From Felis catus (lineage: Eukaryota): DNA of 64,000 nucleotides. Positions 12,861-25,614 of the stretch are shown piece after piece; the stretch's first letter is position 1, and the number at the start of each line of letters is the position of its first letter. The position numbers and the translations under genes are program-made. The notes beneath the pieces are model-generated. The model ran no database searches, was not told the origin of the DNA, and worked only from the letters and a program-made list of their open reading frames with translations. Location of the stretch: the NCBI RefSeq assembly GCF_018350175.1, contig NC_058368.1:23872001-23936000 (forward strand), written 5' to 3'.

Positions 12861-13244
12861 CAACAACAACAACACAGGGAAAAAATAAAGGGAATGAGAT
12901 ACAGGTAAAATCAGAATCAGGTGACAAGTGAATGGACACAAAACACTTGGAGTCCAATAAAGCTAAGTCTGAATGCTGGTCAAAACACTACTAATGATCA
13001 GAAAAAACAGGAAAATTACACATAGTAAGTATTCAATAAATTTCAGAAGTTGTTTTAATAACAATTGTAGTCACAATTTTTCAAATAACACATGCTAATT
13101 TATCAGTAAAAATTAGTTGCTTAATTATATAAACACAGGTTAGATGCATAAATTATTTAATATATATTAAGTTTTAATATAGTACTTATTATTATAGTGA
13201 AAATAGAGAAGTCTGTGGCTTGCAGAATATTAGGAGATTTATCA

Positions 13245-16200
13245 GATTCTGGTCCTGTGGTCCCATAAGAGGCTTTTGAACTCACATCCTCCCATGGACA
13301 CATGAAATCTACAGGTATACATGGAACAATTGTCTCTGAAAGTAATCCAGGAACTACATAAATGATTCCTCAACATCAAGTGAATGAGAAAATATCCTTG
13401 TCAAAATGGGTAGAACAGACTGAGACACCCCTTGCCTAAAATCCACCCATGGCACAGTGACCAACGATCATATACGAAGTTACAATTCCTGGCTTTTCTC
13501 TGCAGAGTGAAAGGTTTGGACAAAACCTCTAGCACCTCAATTTTTAAGCCTTCCACTTGAGGGAAAAGCACCCACAACACCTAGCTTCAAAAGTCAATGG
13601 GTCATGCATTCATGAAACCATAAAACCATAGCAAACAAAGAAACAGTTCTGAAGATTTGAAAGTACTTGGTGTAGCTACTCCCCATCCACACTCCCCAGC
13701 ACAGAGGGGGCAGATAGATATACCCATATGCAAGTCTTTACTCAAAAGAGGGCTATTGCATACTTTAAAATCTCTAAACCAAGGTCAGGCTTCTGATTTA
13801 GCTCATGCCTAAGGGCTCACTGCAATCCTTCCTAGAGATCAGTGGATGCCATTTCTGTTCTCCCTCTAACCTATATAACCTACCAGATGTCCTCCTGGAA
13901 GGAGCTTGTTAGGCACATATCTAGTGCCTGGGCATTTGTGGTCACCACCTAGGGGATGTACCCTTTGAATGACTGAATCTTGTGGTGAGTGAGGCTTGCA
14001 TTTGTGAATCCTAAAGAACTATATAAAATAAGAAACAGTTCTTAACCAGCTACCTCCCAAGGGCTAGGTACAAAGGGAACAGACAGAAACATCTATCTCC
14101 ACCCTTGCCCTGAAAGAGGCCTATCTGCATACTTTAAAGATGCTTCTAGAGAGTCTGGCTACCAACCAGCCTGCATCAAGGTGCCAAATGACAGCCTTCT
14201 CTTTGGGATACTGACAGGTCTTGGCACACCTCAACTACTAGGGTCCAGTAAAAATAAAGAAAGTGGCTTAATCACTAAAAAGGCTTAAGATTAAGAGACA
14301 ACAAAAAAATTAAGGCTGGCCGAAAGATAAATTTATCTCCAACACAAGACCATTCCAACAAGACTTGGAGAAGTGACTATTTTATCTAAGGCATGGAAAC
14401 CAAAGCAGAGAGTCAAGGAAATTGAAGAAACAGGGGAATATGTTCCAAACAAAAGAACAAGATACAATTCCAGAAACAGACCTTAAAGAAACAGATGAGT
14501 GATTTACCTAAAAAAATAAACGTAATGAAGATGTTCACCCAAGTCGAGAGAACAATGCATGAACAAAGTGAGAATTTCATCAAAAAGATATCAAATATTA
14601 AAATGTGCCAAAAAGAAGTTGTGGAGTTGAAGAATACAACAACTGCAATGAAAAATTCAAGAGGGTTTCACTAATAGACTAGATCAAGTGGAAGAAAGGA
14701 TTAGCAAACACAAAGGCAGAGCAGAATTCAAGGCAGACAAGAAAAAAGAAAAAAGAAAGAAAAAGAATGAAGATAGCTGAAAGGACTATGACTTCCAGGT
14801 GGATCTATGTTCCCATTAAAGGTCTCCTAAAAGGAGAAGAAAAAAAGGAGAAATTATCTTCTTCAAAAAAAAATTATAATGACTGAAAACTTCCCTAGCT
14901 TAGGGAAAAAAACAGACATCCAGATTTAGGAATCTCAGAGAGTACAAATAAGATAAGTATAAAAAGACCCACACCAAGACACACTGTAATTAAACTGTCA
15001 AAAATTAAAGACAAGGAGAGCATCTTAAAAGCAGCAAGAGATAACCAGCTTCTAAAGTAGAAGAGAATCCCAAAAAAACTATCAGAAGATTCTTCAGTAG
15101 AAACTTTATAGGCCAAAAATGAGTGGCATGATACACTCAAAGTGCTAAAAGAAAAATAAACTGCCTTCAAAAGGGTTTTAAGTAAAGTCGTTCTTCAGAA
15201 TTAGAGACAGAAACAATTTTCCAGACAAGCAAAAGCTGAATAGGTTGATTACCACAAGACCAGTTATACATGAAATGCTAGAGGGACATCCTCAAGCTTA
15301 AATAAAAGTTTTCTAACTAGTAACAGAAAAATAGGAAAGAATAAATCTCACAGGTAAAAGTAAATAGGTAAGTAAATCCATATACCTTAACGTTGTAAGG
15401 GTGGTGGGCAAATCACTTGCAAATCTAGTATGAAGCTTAAAAGACAAAATTATTTAAAACTATATCTACAATAACATATTAATGGATACACAATCTAAAA
15501 GATGCAAAATGTGGTATCAAAAACAAAATATGGGGAATTGGGGGAGTAAAACCATGGAGCTTTAGTATGCATTTGAAGGTAGGGTGTTATCAACATAGAT
15601 TGTTATAAATATGCTTCATGCAAGCCTCATGGTAACCACAAAGCAAAACCTTAAAGTAGATACATAAAAAAGAATATAAGCACACCACTAGAGTAAATTA
15701 TTATATCACAAGGAAAAGACAAAGATGAAAGGAACAAGGGAATTATGAAACAGTCACAAAACAATGAATAAAATGGAAATAATAAATCTGTATGTATAAT
15801 CACTTTAAATGTAAATGGACTAAATTCTTCAATCACAAGACATAGGGTGCCTGAATGGATTTAAAAAAAAAAAAAGACCCAACTATCTGTTTCCTACAAG
15901 GGACTTGCATCAGCTACAGACACACAGACTTCATGAAACAACAAGTTAGAAAAAGAGATTTCACACAAAATGGATACCAGAAAAAAGCATTGATAGCTAC
16001 ACTTGTATCTGACAAAATAGATTTTAAGCCAAAGACTAACAAAAAACAAAGATCTATATATAACAATAAGGGGGTCTAACAAACAAGAAAATGACATTTT
16101 TAAGTATTTATCCATGAAACACAGGAGTACATAAATACATCAAGCAAATATTAACAGAATTGAAGGAAGAAATAAATAGTAATATGATAAGAGAAAGGGA

Positions 16201-17345
16201 TCACAATACCCTGCTTTCAATAATGGATAGATCATTCAGACAGAAAATCAATTAAGGAATCATTGGACTTAAATGACACATTAGACCAAACTTAGAATAT
16301 ATGTGACATTCCAACCAATGGAAGAATATACAGTATATACATTCTTCTCAATTGCACCTTGGGCTTTTTCCTAGATAGATCACATGTTGGGCCACAAAAC
16401 AAGTCTTAATACATTTAAGAACATTAAAATAAAATAAAGACTTTTTATGACCATAATGGTATAAAACTATAAATCAATTATAAGAGGTAACATGAAAATT
16501 CACAAATATGTGGAGATGAAGCAGCATGTTATTGAACAACCAATGGGTCAAAGAAGAAATCAAAAGAAAAATTGAAAAAATCATTAGACAAATACAAATG
16601 GAAATATAACATACTAAGTCTTATGAAATGCAGTACAAGTAGTTCTAACAGGAAAGTTGATAGGAATAAATACCTACATTAAGAAAAAATAACTTTCTCA
16701 AATAAATGACATAACTTTATCCCTCAAGGAACTGAACAAAGTACAACCCCAAATTAGTAGAGAGAAATAACAAAGATGAAAAAAGTAATAAAGTAGAGAC
16801 TAAAAGAATAGAAAAAATATCAATAAAAGTGTTTTTGAAAAGATAAAATACACTCTAGCTAGACTTACAAAAAATATTTAAATAAAATTAGAAATAAAAA
16901 GGATACATTCAAATGAAACCCCATATATATGAAGGATTAGACTACTAGGAACAATTTTATGCCAACAAATTAGAGAACCTAGAAGAAACTGATAAATTCT
17001 GAAACACACAACCCACTTACACTGAATCATTAAGAAAAAGAAATATGAACACATGTATTACTGGTAAAGAGGTTGAAATACTAAACAAAAATCTCCAAGA
17101 AGTAAGTGACGAGCAGATGTTGGATGGAAGTGTTGAAACACTATACTGTACACCTGAAACTAATATTACACTATGTGTATATTCAATTAAATAAAACTCA
17201 CATAAAATTCTAAAATTCAATGTGGTATACAACATTAATAGAATGAGGAATGAAAATTATGGTCATCTCAAGAAACAGAGAAAAAGCATTTGACAAAATT
17301 CAACATCCATTCATGATAAATTCTGAACAAACTGGGTACACAGAA
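13245..17345 (+). mobile_element. Old L1 (L1M2/L1MA-like): 5'UTR, degenerate ORF1 (about 14420-15300) and ORF2 EN to early RT (about 15770-17345), 3'-truncated
   Basis: GAACTCACATCCTCCCATGGACAC 5' motif; ORF1 GAAAACTTCCCTAGCTTAGGGAA; ORF2 TTAAATGTAAATGGACTAAAT, GATAGATCACATGTTGGGCCACAAAACAAGTCT, AAAGCATTTGACAAAATTCAACATCCATTCATGATAAA. Confidence 0.88.
17101..17215 (+). mobile_element. Very short carnivore L1 3'-end fragment inserted in the older L1 ORF2
   Basis: GGAAGTGTTGAAACACTATACTGTACACCTGAAACTAATATTACACT, homologous to the L1 3'UTR end at about 49700-49800. Confidence 0.8.
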
Positions 17346-17349
17346 GCTT

Positions 17350-17870
17350 TCTAAGAGCTTGCATGAAATGGAGGAATATAATATGGGATTTGCAACAGTT
17401 CTCTCACAAAGTGAGGCTGTCAACAAAGTAAATACGGAGAAAAGAAGAGCCAAGAAATACAGAAAAACAGGTTCTTGATGACTCTATGTTAAGCACTATG
17501 GCAAAGACTGTAATGATCATCAAGTGTTTTATGAATTCCCCTACATTTCCCAGACTTCCATGTGGTTATGTTGGAGCCATATACCACTTCTGAAAAATAA
17601 ACATAAACAATGTATTTCATTTATATGCCAAAGTATTTCAGAGCAGGTATGGATTACTCATAGTCTCTCTCTTTATTGGTCATAGCAACACAAGAAACCA
17701 CATAATAAAAAATTAAAAAAATCATTATTTAATAAAACCACATAATAAAATAAAAACCACATAATAAAAAATAAAATGGTGGCATTTCAGATGAACACCA
17801 ACTATGTGAATCTGCTGATCTGCATTAAACAGTACAAGAAATATTAAGGCTTCAAATTCTGAGGTGAGAG
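17350..17870 (+). mobile_element. Degenerate MLT1-like LTR fragments
   Basis: CTACATTTCCCAGACTTCCATGTGGTTATG and GAGCCAAGAAATACAG...TCTTGATGAC resemble old MLT1 LTR motifs; recalled, approximate. Confidence 0.45.
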
Positions 17871-17899
17871 TTAAAAAAGAAACTGATCTCAGAAAGAAG

Positions 17900-18008
17900 T
17901 CATTTATATATTACTATATATATAAATATAATACATATATAATGTATAATATATATTAACATATCATTACTAATATATAATATATATTATATATAATATA
18001 TATATAGT
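17900..18008. repeat. AT-rich low-complexity (TA/TAA) tract
   Basis: Read directly from the sequence. Confidence 0.85.
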
Positions 18009-18019
18009 ATCTGAGCAGA

Positions 18020-19040
18020 TTCACCCAAGCATGACCAGGATGAAGAGAAATATAATAGAAACTGTGAAAATTCTAGAGCTCCAAAGAAGGAAAGCAAATA
18101 TATCACATAAAATTCAAAGTACCCCTCACAGAAAAAAATAACTACCCCAAATTGGAAATTAATTTTTCATAATTGGAGGAAAAATGGGACTCCTTAGTAA
18201 GGATATTCATTAAAGCAAGAACTTAATTATGAGTCTAAAGTCAATAAAATCAAAGCTCAAAAGTGAGTTAATGAAACGATAAAATTAAATTAAAAGGTAG
18301 CTTGTAAATTTAGTGAAACAAGTGAAACTAAAACAAATTAGAGACAGAAATGGAATTACTGGCACAAAGAAAAGTTTTGCAATAGTAGGATGGAAAGTGA
18401 GGGCAGTGTTGTTTGTTTTTTAAAGACAATGATTACTCTAAAGAACAAAAAAAACCAAAAAGTATAGAAAAAAGATAAAATATATAAGGATAATTAATGC
18501 TGCTCAGGTAGAGATTAATGAAATGTAATATAAAGCGAAATTACCTAAGAAAAATTCTCCCCCCAAAAATTTTAAATAGAGAAAAAAACTCTCTAAAATA
18601 ATTTCTTAAAAACATTTGCTTCTTGTACATAAACACGTTGTATTTCGTGAAAAAATATGAAAACATAGCACAACACCAGACATAAACTAGATAAGCTATT
18701 GAACCTAAAGGAAAATAGAAATTACGTAATTATTATTATAATTACTCTCGGATCCAGACATAGAAGAAAAATATCAAGGAAAAAATAGACTAATTTAATA
18801 TAACTATAAAGTATAATTCAATGCCAGAAGACAGTATGAAATGCATATAAATTCTAAAGTAACAAACGTGTGACAGAAGACTATTACAGCAAAATGTCCA
18901 TCAAATCCAGTGGTAACTAGTTGATATTCCCAACCACAATAGAGGCTGAATTTTTCTTAAAAAAATTACTTCACATTGGAATACAGTCACATAAGGACTA
19001 AATAAAAATTAAATTTAATTAAAGAGGTACGCTAAATTTA
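18020..19040 (+). mobile_element. HAL1/L1ME-like degenerate ORF1 relic
   Basis: TTCAATGCCAGAAGACAGT...GTGTGACAGAAGACTATTACAGCAAAATGTCCATCAAAT resembles the HAL1/old L1 ORF1 C-terminal region; A-rich sense strand. Confidence 0.5.
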
Positions 19041-21357
19041 AGAGACACCCTAAGAGTACTGGTTATAATACTGATGAATTTAAAGATTAAATTGATTTGC
19101 AGAATATAAGAATTGTTAAAACTGATCTTTCAAATTTATCTTCATATTTGCTTCATTATTTGAATTTATTATGATGAGCATATTTGATTTTCATAAACAG
19201 CATTTTTTCCTAAAAATAGACTAAACTGGAAAATTTTTAGCAATTGTTAATTTAAGACCATAACAATATATCATTGTTTGTTGTTTAGTTCAGTACTCTA
19301 TCTTACTTAAAAAAATTTTTTTAAAGGATCTTGAGTTAACTCTATATCATGAGTTCATGAAGTAATAAAGAGAATCCAGGATAATTGTAAAAGTGACACA
19401 ACATTAATAAAAACCAAGAAAATTAATGATTTATTCAAGAAATGGGGCCAATAAAACTGGAATTCAGTTCTGGAGAAACATATCTACAATAAGGAAGATT
19501 AAAACACACCTGGTAACCTAACTTGAAACTGCATTATAAATCCTATGAAACCACACAAAGGAGATTTAACTCTTCAGTGGCAAGTGGGAAGCTTTTGAAA
19601 CTTATGAAGAAATAAGATCATAAGAGATATAATGGCAGCATAATCTGAGATACTAATTTTAGGAATGCATGGTAATCACATATTCAATGAACTCCTTGGC
19701 AGTGCTGATAAAAATCAGGGAATATTTTCACAAAATTTTCAACTCCTCTTTTAGAGAGGAGCTCAAGTATTTACATGTGCTTATTTCATGAAAATATTTG
19801 AGTCATAAGAGTATGAATAATAGGTAAGAAGTCAGGAAGAACCCTAGGTAAGTTTTATTCATTGCATTGGGAAAGAAGTGAGAGGTAGGGAAACAAAGAA
19901 GCTTCAGTCATCATCATTTACCCCAAGACTTTCCAGTATACTATGTTGAAGCACACTTGACCAGAAAATGAGCAGCACAGAGCTCAGAGTCTATTAAGTA
20001 GAGATCTCTCCAATGATTCCCTCTTGTGGGAATGAGCCAAGGACCACTGATGTGTAATGGAAGTTAGACAGTGAAGTTAGACTCTTGAAATCAAGGCTTC
20101 AATTTGAAATGATAATGTCATGATTCACAAGTTAATTATTAGTAATTAAGACTTTGAGAAAGTCATTAGTGACTAATTTCTCTGGTATTTCCCCACCTAT
20201 ATAATCAAAACAGTATTTATCCTATCTGATGGATAAGATTCATGTAAGGATCAATAATGGGTTGATAAAAGACTTTTGTAATGGCAGAGTATGGAATACC
20301 CATTTTTTTGCTTCTCCATAAAGCAATGGAAAGGTTGCCCCATATCATCAAAATTGACTTGTTCAGAAATCTAGAAATTAACCAAAAACTTACAAAAATT
20401 TCAAGGAGTGTTTATTCAAGAGAAGTGACTGGATATCAGTAAGATTTACTAGATTTGTGTCATTTAAATTAACTCTATTCCCAATTTCCTAAGCTCCATC
20501 ATAGCCTTTAAATTGAAGAGTCCCATGAGCAAGATAGATGTGAAAACCATCAGCCTAACAGGCACTGGAGGAATGAGACAGGTTTGAAACCTTTTCAAAA
20601 AGTCTCATCCCAAGAAAATTGTCATTATTTAATCTGTCTGGAAGATCCCTAGAAAATCCCATCCACAAAGCTTGTCATATTTTGACTTAGAGCTTTCTCA
20701 TTGGGAAAACCTCCACCCTAGAGCATATGTCAAAAACAATCACTGGCGACAGATTAACGTTAGAGCTGCCTGAGGCAGAAATATCTTGCGGAGCAACTAA
20801 GAAAAATCACCAAAAACTTAAAAGCAAAATCTGGGATGAGATGTAATTTGGGGCCTTTGAAGAACTCAGTCCTATTCCTAGGGACATAGAAGGCAATACA
20901 TATGTTCAGGGCTGTGCACATGACTAGCAAAAAACTAAGAATGGCACATTATCTCACCTCTAGCGCATCTTGAGGTCTTATCTAAATGGGAAGCAAAGAC
21001 CAAGCAGAGATTTGGTATGGAGATAAGGTGCTGGAGCATTGAGTTATGCCCAGCATACACAGAACCCCTTACCAAAGATTCAGAGACTTTGTGGTTTAAG
21101 GCTTCTAAGAAAAAATATCTGTCTAAACATTAACTGATTACCAAACTAGTTGAATAGAGACATGAGTAGCCATCAATGACAGAGAATACAGCCTTTACAG
21201 AATCACATCAAAGAAGTCACAAAATAAGCAACAGTAAGAACACTGACAAAAAAATAATAAAACGAACAAAAAAGAAAACAGTGACAACAAACTCTAAAAG
21301 AGGAAGGATCTGATTTTTCTTAATTGTCATACAATATTATTCAACTACCCAGTTTTT

Positions 21358-21738
21358 ATGTTTGTGATTGTTTTATATATTTGGGGGCTCCCATATTCAT
21401 CACATAGACATTATAATTGTTAGCTTTCCTGACGGATAGACCCTGTAATTATTATAAATGACCTTCTTCGTCTCTTGTTACAACCTTTAATTTAAAATCT
21501 AGTTTGTCTGATGTAAGTATGGCTACTCCAGCTTTCTTTTGACTACCAGGAGCATGATAGCTTTCCATCCCCCCACTTTCAATCTGAAGGTGTCCTCAGG
21601 TCTAAAATGAGTCTCTTGTAGATAGCAAATAGATGGGTCTTGTTTTTTTATCCATTCTGACACCCTATTTCTTTTGGTTGGATCATTTAGTCCATTTACA
21701 TTCAGTGTTATTATTGAAAGATATGGGTTTAGAGTCAT
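21358..21738 (-). pseudogene. L1 ORF2p endonuclease N-terminus, truncated
   Basis: ITLNVNGLN and DPSICYLQETH APE-type endonuclease motifs. Confidence 0.9.
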
Positions 21739-21806
21739 TGTGATGTCTGTAGGTTTCATGCTTGTAGTGATGTCTCTGGTACTTGGTGGTCCTTGCAACC
21801 TTTCAC

Positions 21807-22702
21807 TCACAGAATCCCCCTTAGGATCTCCTGTAGGGCTGGTTTAGTGGTGATGAATTCCTTCAGTTTTTGTTTGTTTGGGAAAACCTTTATCTCTCCT
21901 TCTATTCTGAATGACAGACTTGCTGGATAAAGGATTCTCCACTGCCTATCTTTTCTGTTCATCACATTGAAGATTTCCTGCCATTCCTTTCTGGCCTGCC
22001 AAGTTTCAGTAGATAGGTCTGCTACTACTCTTATGGGTCTACCTTTGTAAGTTAGAGCCTATTTATCCCTAGCTGCTTTCAGAATTTTCTCTTTATCCTT
22101 GTATTTTGCCAGTTTCACTATGATATGTCATGCAGAATATTGATTCAAGTTATGTATGAAAGGAGTTCTCTGTGCCTCTTGGATTTCAATGCCTGTTTCC
22201 TTCCCCTGATCAGGGTATTTCTCAGCTGTGATTTGTTCAAGTACACCTTCAGCCCGTTTCTCTCTCTCTCCTTCTTCTGGAATTTCTATTATACGGATAT
22301 TGTTCTGTTTAATTACATCACTTAGATCTCTAATTCTCCCCTCATGCTCCTGGATTTTTTTTTTTATCTTTTTCTCACCTTCCTATTTCTACATAATTTT
22401 ATCTTCTAATTCACCTATTCTCTCCTCTGCCTCTTCAATCCATGCTATGGCCACCTCCATTTTATTTTGCACCTCACTTAGAGCATTTTTTAGCTTCTCA
22501 TGACTACTTCTTAGTCCCTTGGCTCTCTGTAGCAAGAGATTCTCTGCTGTCCTCTATACTTTTCATCAAGCCCAGCGATAAATTTTATGACTATTATTCT
22601 AAATTCTTGTTCCGTTATATTGCTTAAATCATTTTTGATTAATTTGTTAGCTGTCGCTACTTCCTGGAGTTTCTTTTGAGGAGAGTTCTTCCGTTTCATC
22701 AT
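21807..22702 (-). pseudogene. L1 ORF1p, disrupted
   Basis: Starts MMKRKNSPQKKLQEVATANKLIKNDLSNITEQEFRIIVIK and ends EILRGIL*; frame is broken (ORF track stops at 22511). Confidence 0.88.
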
Positions 22703-23674
22703 TTTGGGTAGTCCCTGGGGTGGTGCCGAACTGCAGGGCACACCCCCTGTGCTGCCTGGAGTAACTTGTGTTGGTGGGCGGGGCGCAGTCAGACCCAATG
22801 TCTGTCCCCAGCCCACTGGGGCCACAGTCAGACTGGTGTGTACCTTATCTTCCCCTCTCCCAGGGGCAGGACTCACTGTGCAGTGGTGTGGCCCGTCCGG
22901 GCTACTTGCACACTGCCAGGCTTATGGTGCTGCTTTGATGGGATCTGGCGTATTAGCCAGGGTAGATCCACAAGGTGCACAGGGGCGGGAGGGGCAGGCT
23001 CTACTGGCTTTGCTGTGAGTGGTCCCCTGTGGGAGGGGCCCTGCAGCACTGGGAGGGAGGCAGGCAGACCCATCAGAGGGATGGATCCACAGAAGCACAG
23101 CACTGGGTGTTTGCACGGTACAAGCAAGTTCAGTGACAGGAACTGGTTCCCTTTGGGATTTTGGCTGGGGGATGGGAGAGGGAGATGGCACTCACCAGTG
23201 CCTTTGTTCCACCACAGAGCTGAGCTCTGTCTTCCCAGGCTCAACAACTCTCCCTCCCGGTGTCCTCTCACCCTCCCAGCTCTCCGAGAGCACAACCATT
23301 CACTTTTAACATTCCAGATGTTAAGTTCCACTGGCTGTCAGAATTCACAGAGTCCGGTCCCTTTGCTTTTGCAAGCCAGACTCTGGGGGCTCTGCCTTGC
23401 TCAGTGGGCTGCCCCTTCACCACCCCAGCTCCCTCCCACCAGTCCATGTAGCACACACTGCCTCTCCACCCTTCCTACCCTCTTCTGTGGGCCTCTTGTC
23501 TATGCTTGGCTCTGGAGAGTCCATTCTGCTAGTCTTCTGGTGGTTTTCTGGATTATTTAGGCAGATGTGGGTGGAATATAAGTGATCAGCAGGACGAGGT
23601 GAGCCCAGCATCCTCCTATGGTGCCATCTTCCCCTTCCAAATTCTCAACTACCCAGTTTTTAAAAATAACAACA

Positions 23675-23797
23675 GGATGATTGGCTGGCTCAGTCAATAG
23701 AGCATGTGACTCTTGAGCACAGGGTTGTGGGTTTGAGTCTCATACTGGGTGTAAAGATTACTTAAAAATAAAAAAAAACCTTAAAATTAAAAATTTT
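23675..23797 (+). mobile_element. Short old-type Can-SINE (tRNA-Lys-derived, SINEC_old-like)
   Basis: GGCTGGCTCAGTCAATAGAGCATGTGACTCTTGA...GGGTGTAAAGATTACTTAAAAATAAAA; TSD AAAAATAACAACA at 23662-23674 and 23798-23810. Confidence 0.88.
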
Positions 23798-24439
23798 AAA
23801 AATAACAACAATGCAATACGTGAAGAAATAGGAAAATAAAGCCCAAACGCAGGAAAAACTTAGAAATACAAATCCATATTTAGACTTACTGCACAAGTAT
23901 AAATTAGCTATTATAAATACATGCAAAGAAGAAAAAATATAGCTAAAGAATTAAAGGAAGGTATGAGAACAATGTCTTGACAAGTAAAGAGTATCACAAT
24001 AAATAGAAATTATTTAAAATGAACCAGTAGAAATTATACAGGTAAAAAATACAATAAATTAAATGAAAAAATTGCCTAGAGTGGCTCACTAACAAATCTG
24101 AGCAGGCAAAAGAAAAAAAAATCAGGTACTTTGAAGAAAGACCCATTGTGAATATCCAGTTTGAAGAATAAAAATGAGGAGAATAGAGCTTTAGACATTG
24201 GTGGGACAACATCAAGCATGTCAACATGCACAGGATGGGAATTTCAGACAGAAGAAAGAGACAAAGGGTTAGAAATAATATTACATAGTGGTTGAAGACA
24301 TATCCAAATTATGAAATTCAGTAATACACAAGAAATTCAACAAACTTCAAATATGTTACCCCCAAAGAGGGTAGACTAGATACAGGAGCCAAACTGTTGA
24401 AATTCAAACACAAAAAGTACATTCTGAAAGCATCCATTA

Positions 24440-25614
24440 TCTTAGAGAATGTACAAATTATCATAAACAGAATGAGACGAGAAATATGAACACCAAGGGT
24501 GCTTCTGGGGAGTTCTCAGATGGAAATGAGGAACAGGTTATTGAACACTGGAGGAAAAGCAATCCTAGTTATAAAGTGGCAGAGAATTTGTTTTCTTGTT
24601 GGGTGAGATATAGAACTTGTAAGTGATAAACTTGGATATTTAGCTGAGAAGATCGCTAAGCAAAATGTGGAAAGTGCAGCCTTGTATCTTCTTGCTGCTT
24701 ATTATAAAATATGAGAGAAAAGAGATAAGTAGAGGAATAAATTATTAAGCAAAAAGGAACCAGTACTTAAAGATTTGGAAAATTTTAAGCCTATCCAGAC
24801 ATAGTTTTATGGAAGCAGATCCAAGGGTATGGTTGAACAAACCATTTGCTAATGAGATTAGGTATGTGACACATGGATCCAGTCATCCATTTCAGCAGAA
24901 ACAGAGATGTATTTAACTGGGGAAGAGCTATGCATGTATCTCTTGTTAATATCTTCGACTCCCATAAACTACTGGAAGACCAATAGAATTTCTGAGGTGT
25001 TTTTTTTTTTTCTTACCAGCATAAATACTGCCAACTTGGACTGAAAGAACAGAAACAGAATGAAACCAAGGAAGTATAACTCTGAGGGCATAACCATGGA
25101 TGTAGAAGCCTGCCAACAGAATCTCCTAAGGCTGAGAGGGTAAGGTTACCACTCCAGTGAGCTTGAAGCTTGAGACTGCATACATTCAGGACAAGAGGAC
25201 AAAATATTAAGACAAACAGGATTATTCTCAGGTCTCAGTCTAATGGAATTTGCCCTGATGGGCTTTGGACTTGAGACCCTGGACTTTTCTTCCTTCCAAT
25301 TTCTTCCTTATGGAATAGAAATGTCTATCCTATGCTGGTCCTACCATTCTGTTTTACAAATAGGTAACTTGTCTGGTTTCATAGGCTCACAGATGGAGGA
25401 TAATTTTGTCCTAGGATGAATCATAATGATTCTCACCCACAACTGTTTTAAGTTATTTAGATAAGACCTGGGACTTTGAGTTGGTAACACTGAGATGTTA
25501 TTTGTGACTTAAAGGTGACGGTGGAAGGGTTAAGATTTGGGAGAAATATGGGGTTATAGTGAGTGTATTTTGCTCTAGAAGGACATGAATTTGGGGGTGC
25601 AGGGCTAAAGTACA
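24440..25614 (+). mobile_element. MaLR internal region (MLT1-int-like); 5' LTR missing
   Basis: CTCAGATGGAAATGAGGAACAGGTTATTGAACACTGGAGGAAAAG...TTATAAAGTGGCAGAGAA is a characteristic MaLR-internal motif; purine-rich tract precedes the LTR. Confidence 0.82.

Larger units (their letters stand above)
21358..23644 (-). mobile_element. Carnivore L1 with intact 5'UTR, ORF1 and start of ORF2; 3'-truncated, no poly(A), flanked by a perfect TSD
   Basis: Minus-strand 5' end GGGGAAGATGGC; ORF1 MMKRKNSPQKK...EILRGIL*; ORF2 MTLNPYLSIITLNVNGLN; TSD TCAACTACCCAGTTTTT at 21341-21357 and 23645-23661. Confidence 0.95.

Noticed and set aside
12861..12895. Possible 3' transduction and TSD for the L1 at 11543-12860
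   Set aside because: The candidate TSD (AGAGGGCAT vs AAAGGGAAT) is too degenerate, and (CAA)n is explained by tail decay.
17695..17769. Repeat-spacer pattern resembling a CRISPR array
   Set aside because: Only three low-complexity 16-mers with 24- and 3-bp spacers in mammalian DNA, and no cas genes.
22228..23611. Cluster of long ORFs (up to 264 aa) in a GC-rich island, resembling a gene or CpG-island promoter
   Set aside because: This is the GC-rich 5'UTR and antisense ORF1 of the minus-strand L1; no host-protein motifs are recognisable.
23675..23760. tRNA-Lys-like sequence
   Set aside because: It has an A-rich tail and a TSD and is degenerate, so it is a tRNA-derived SINE rather than a tRNA gene.
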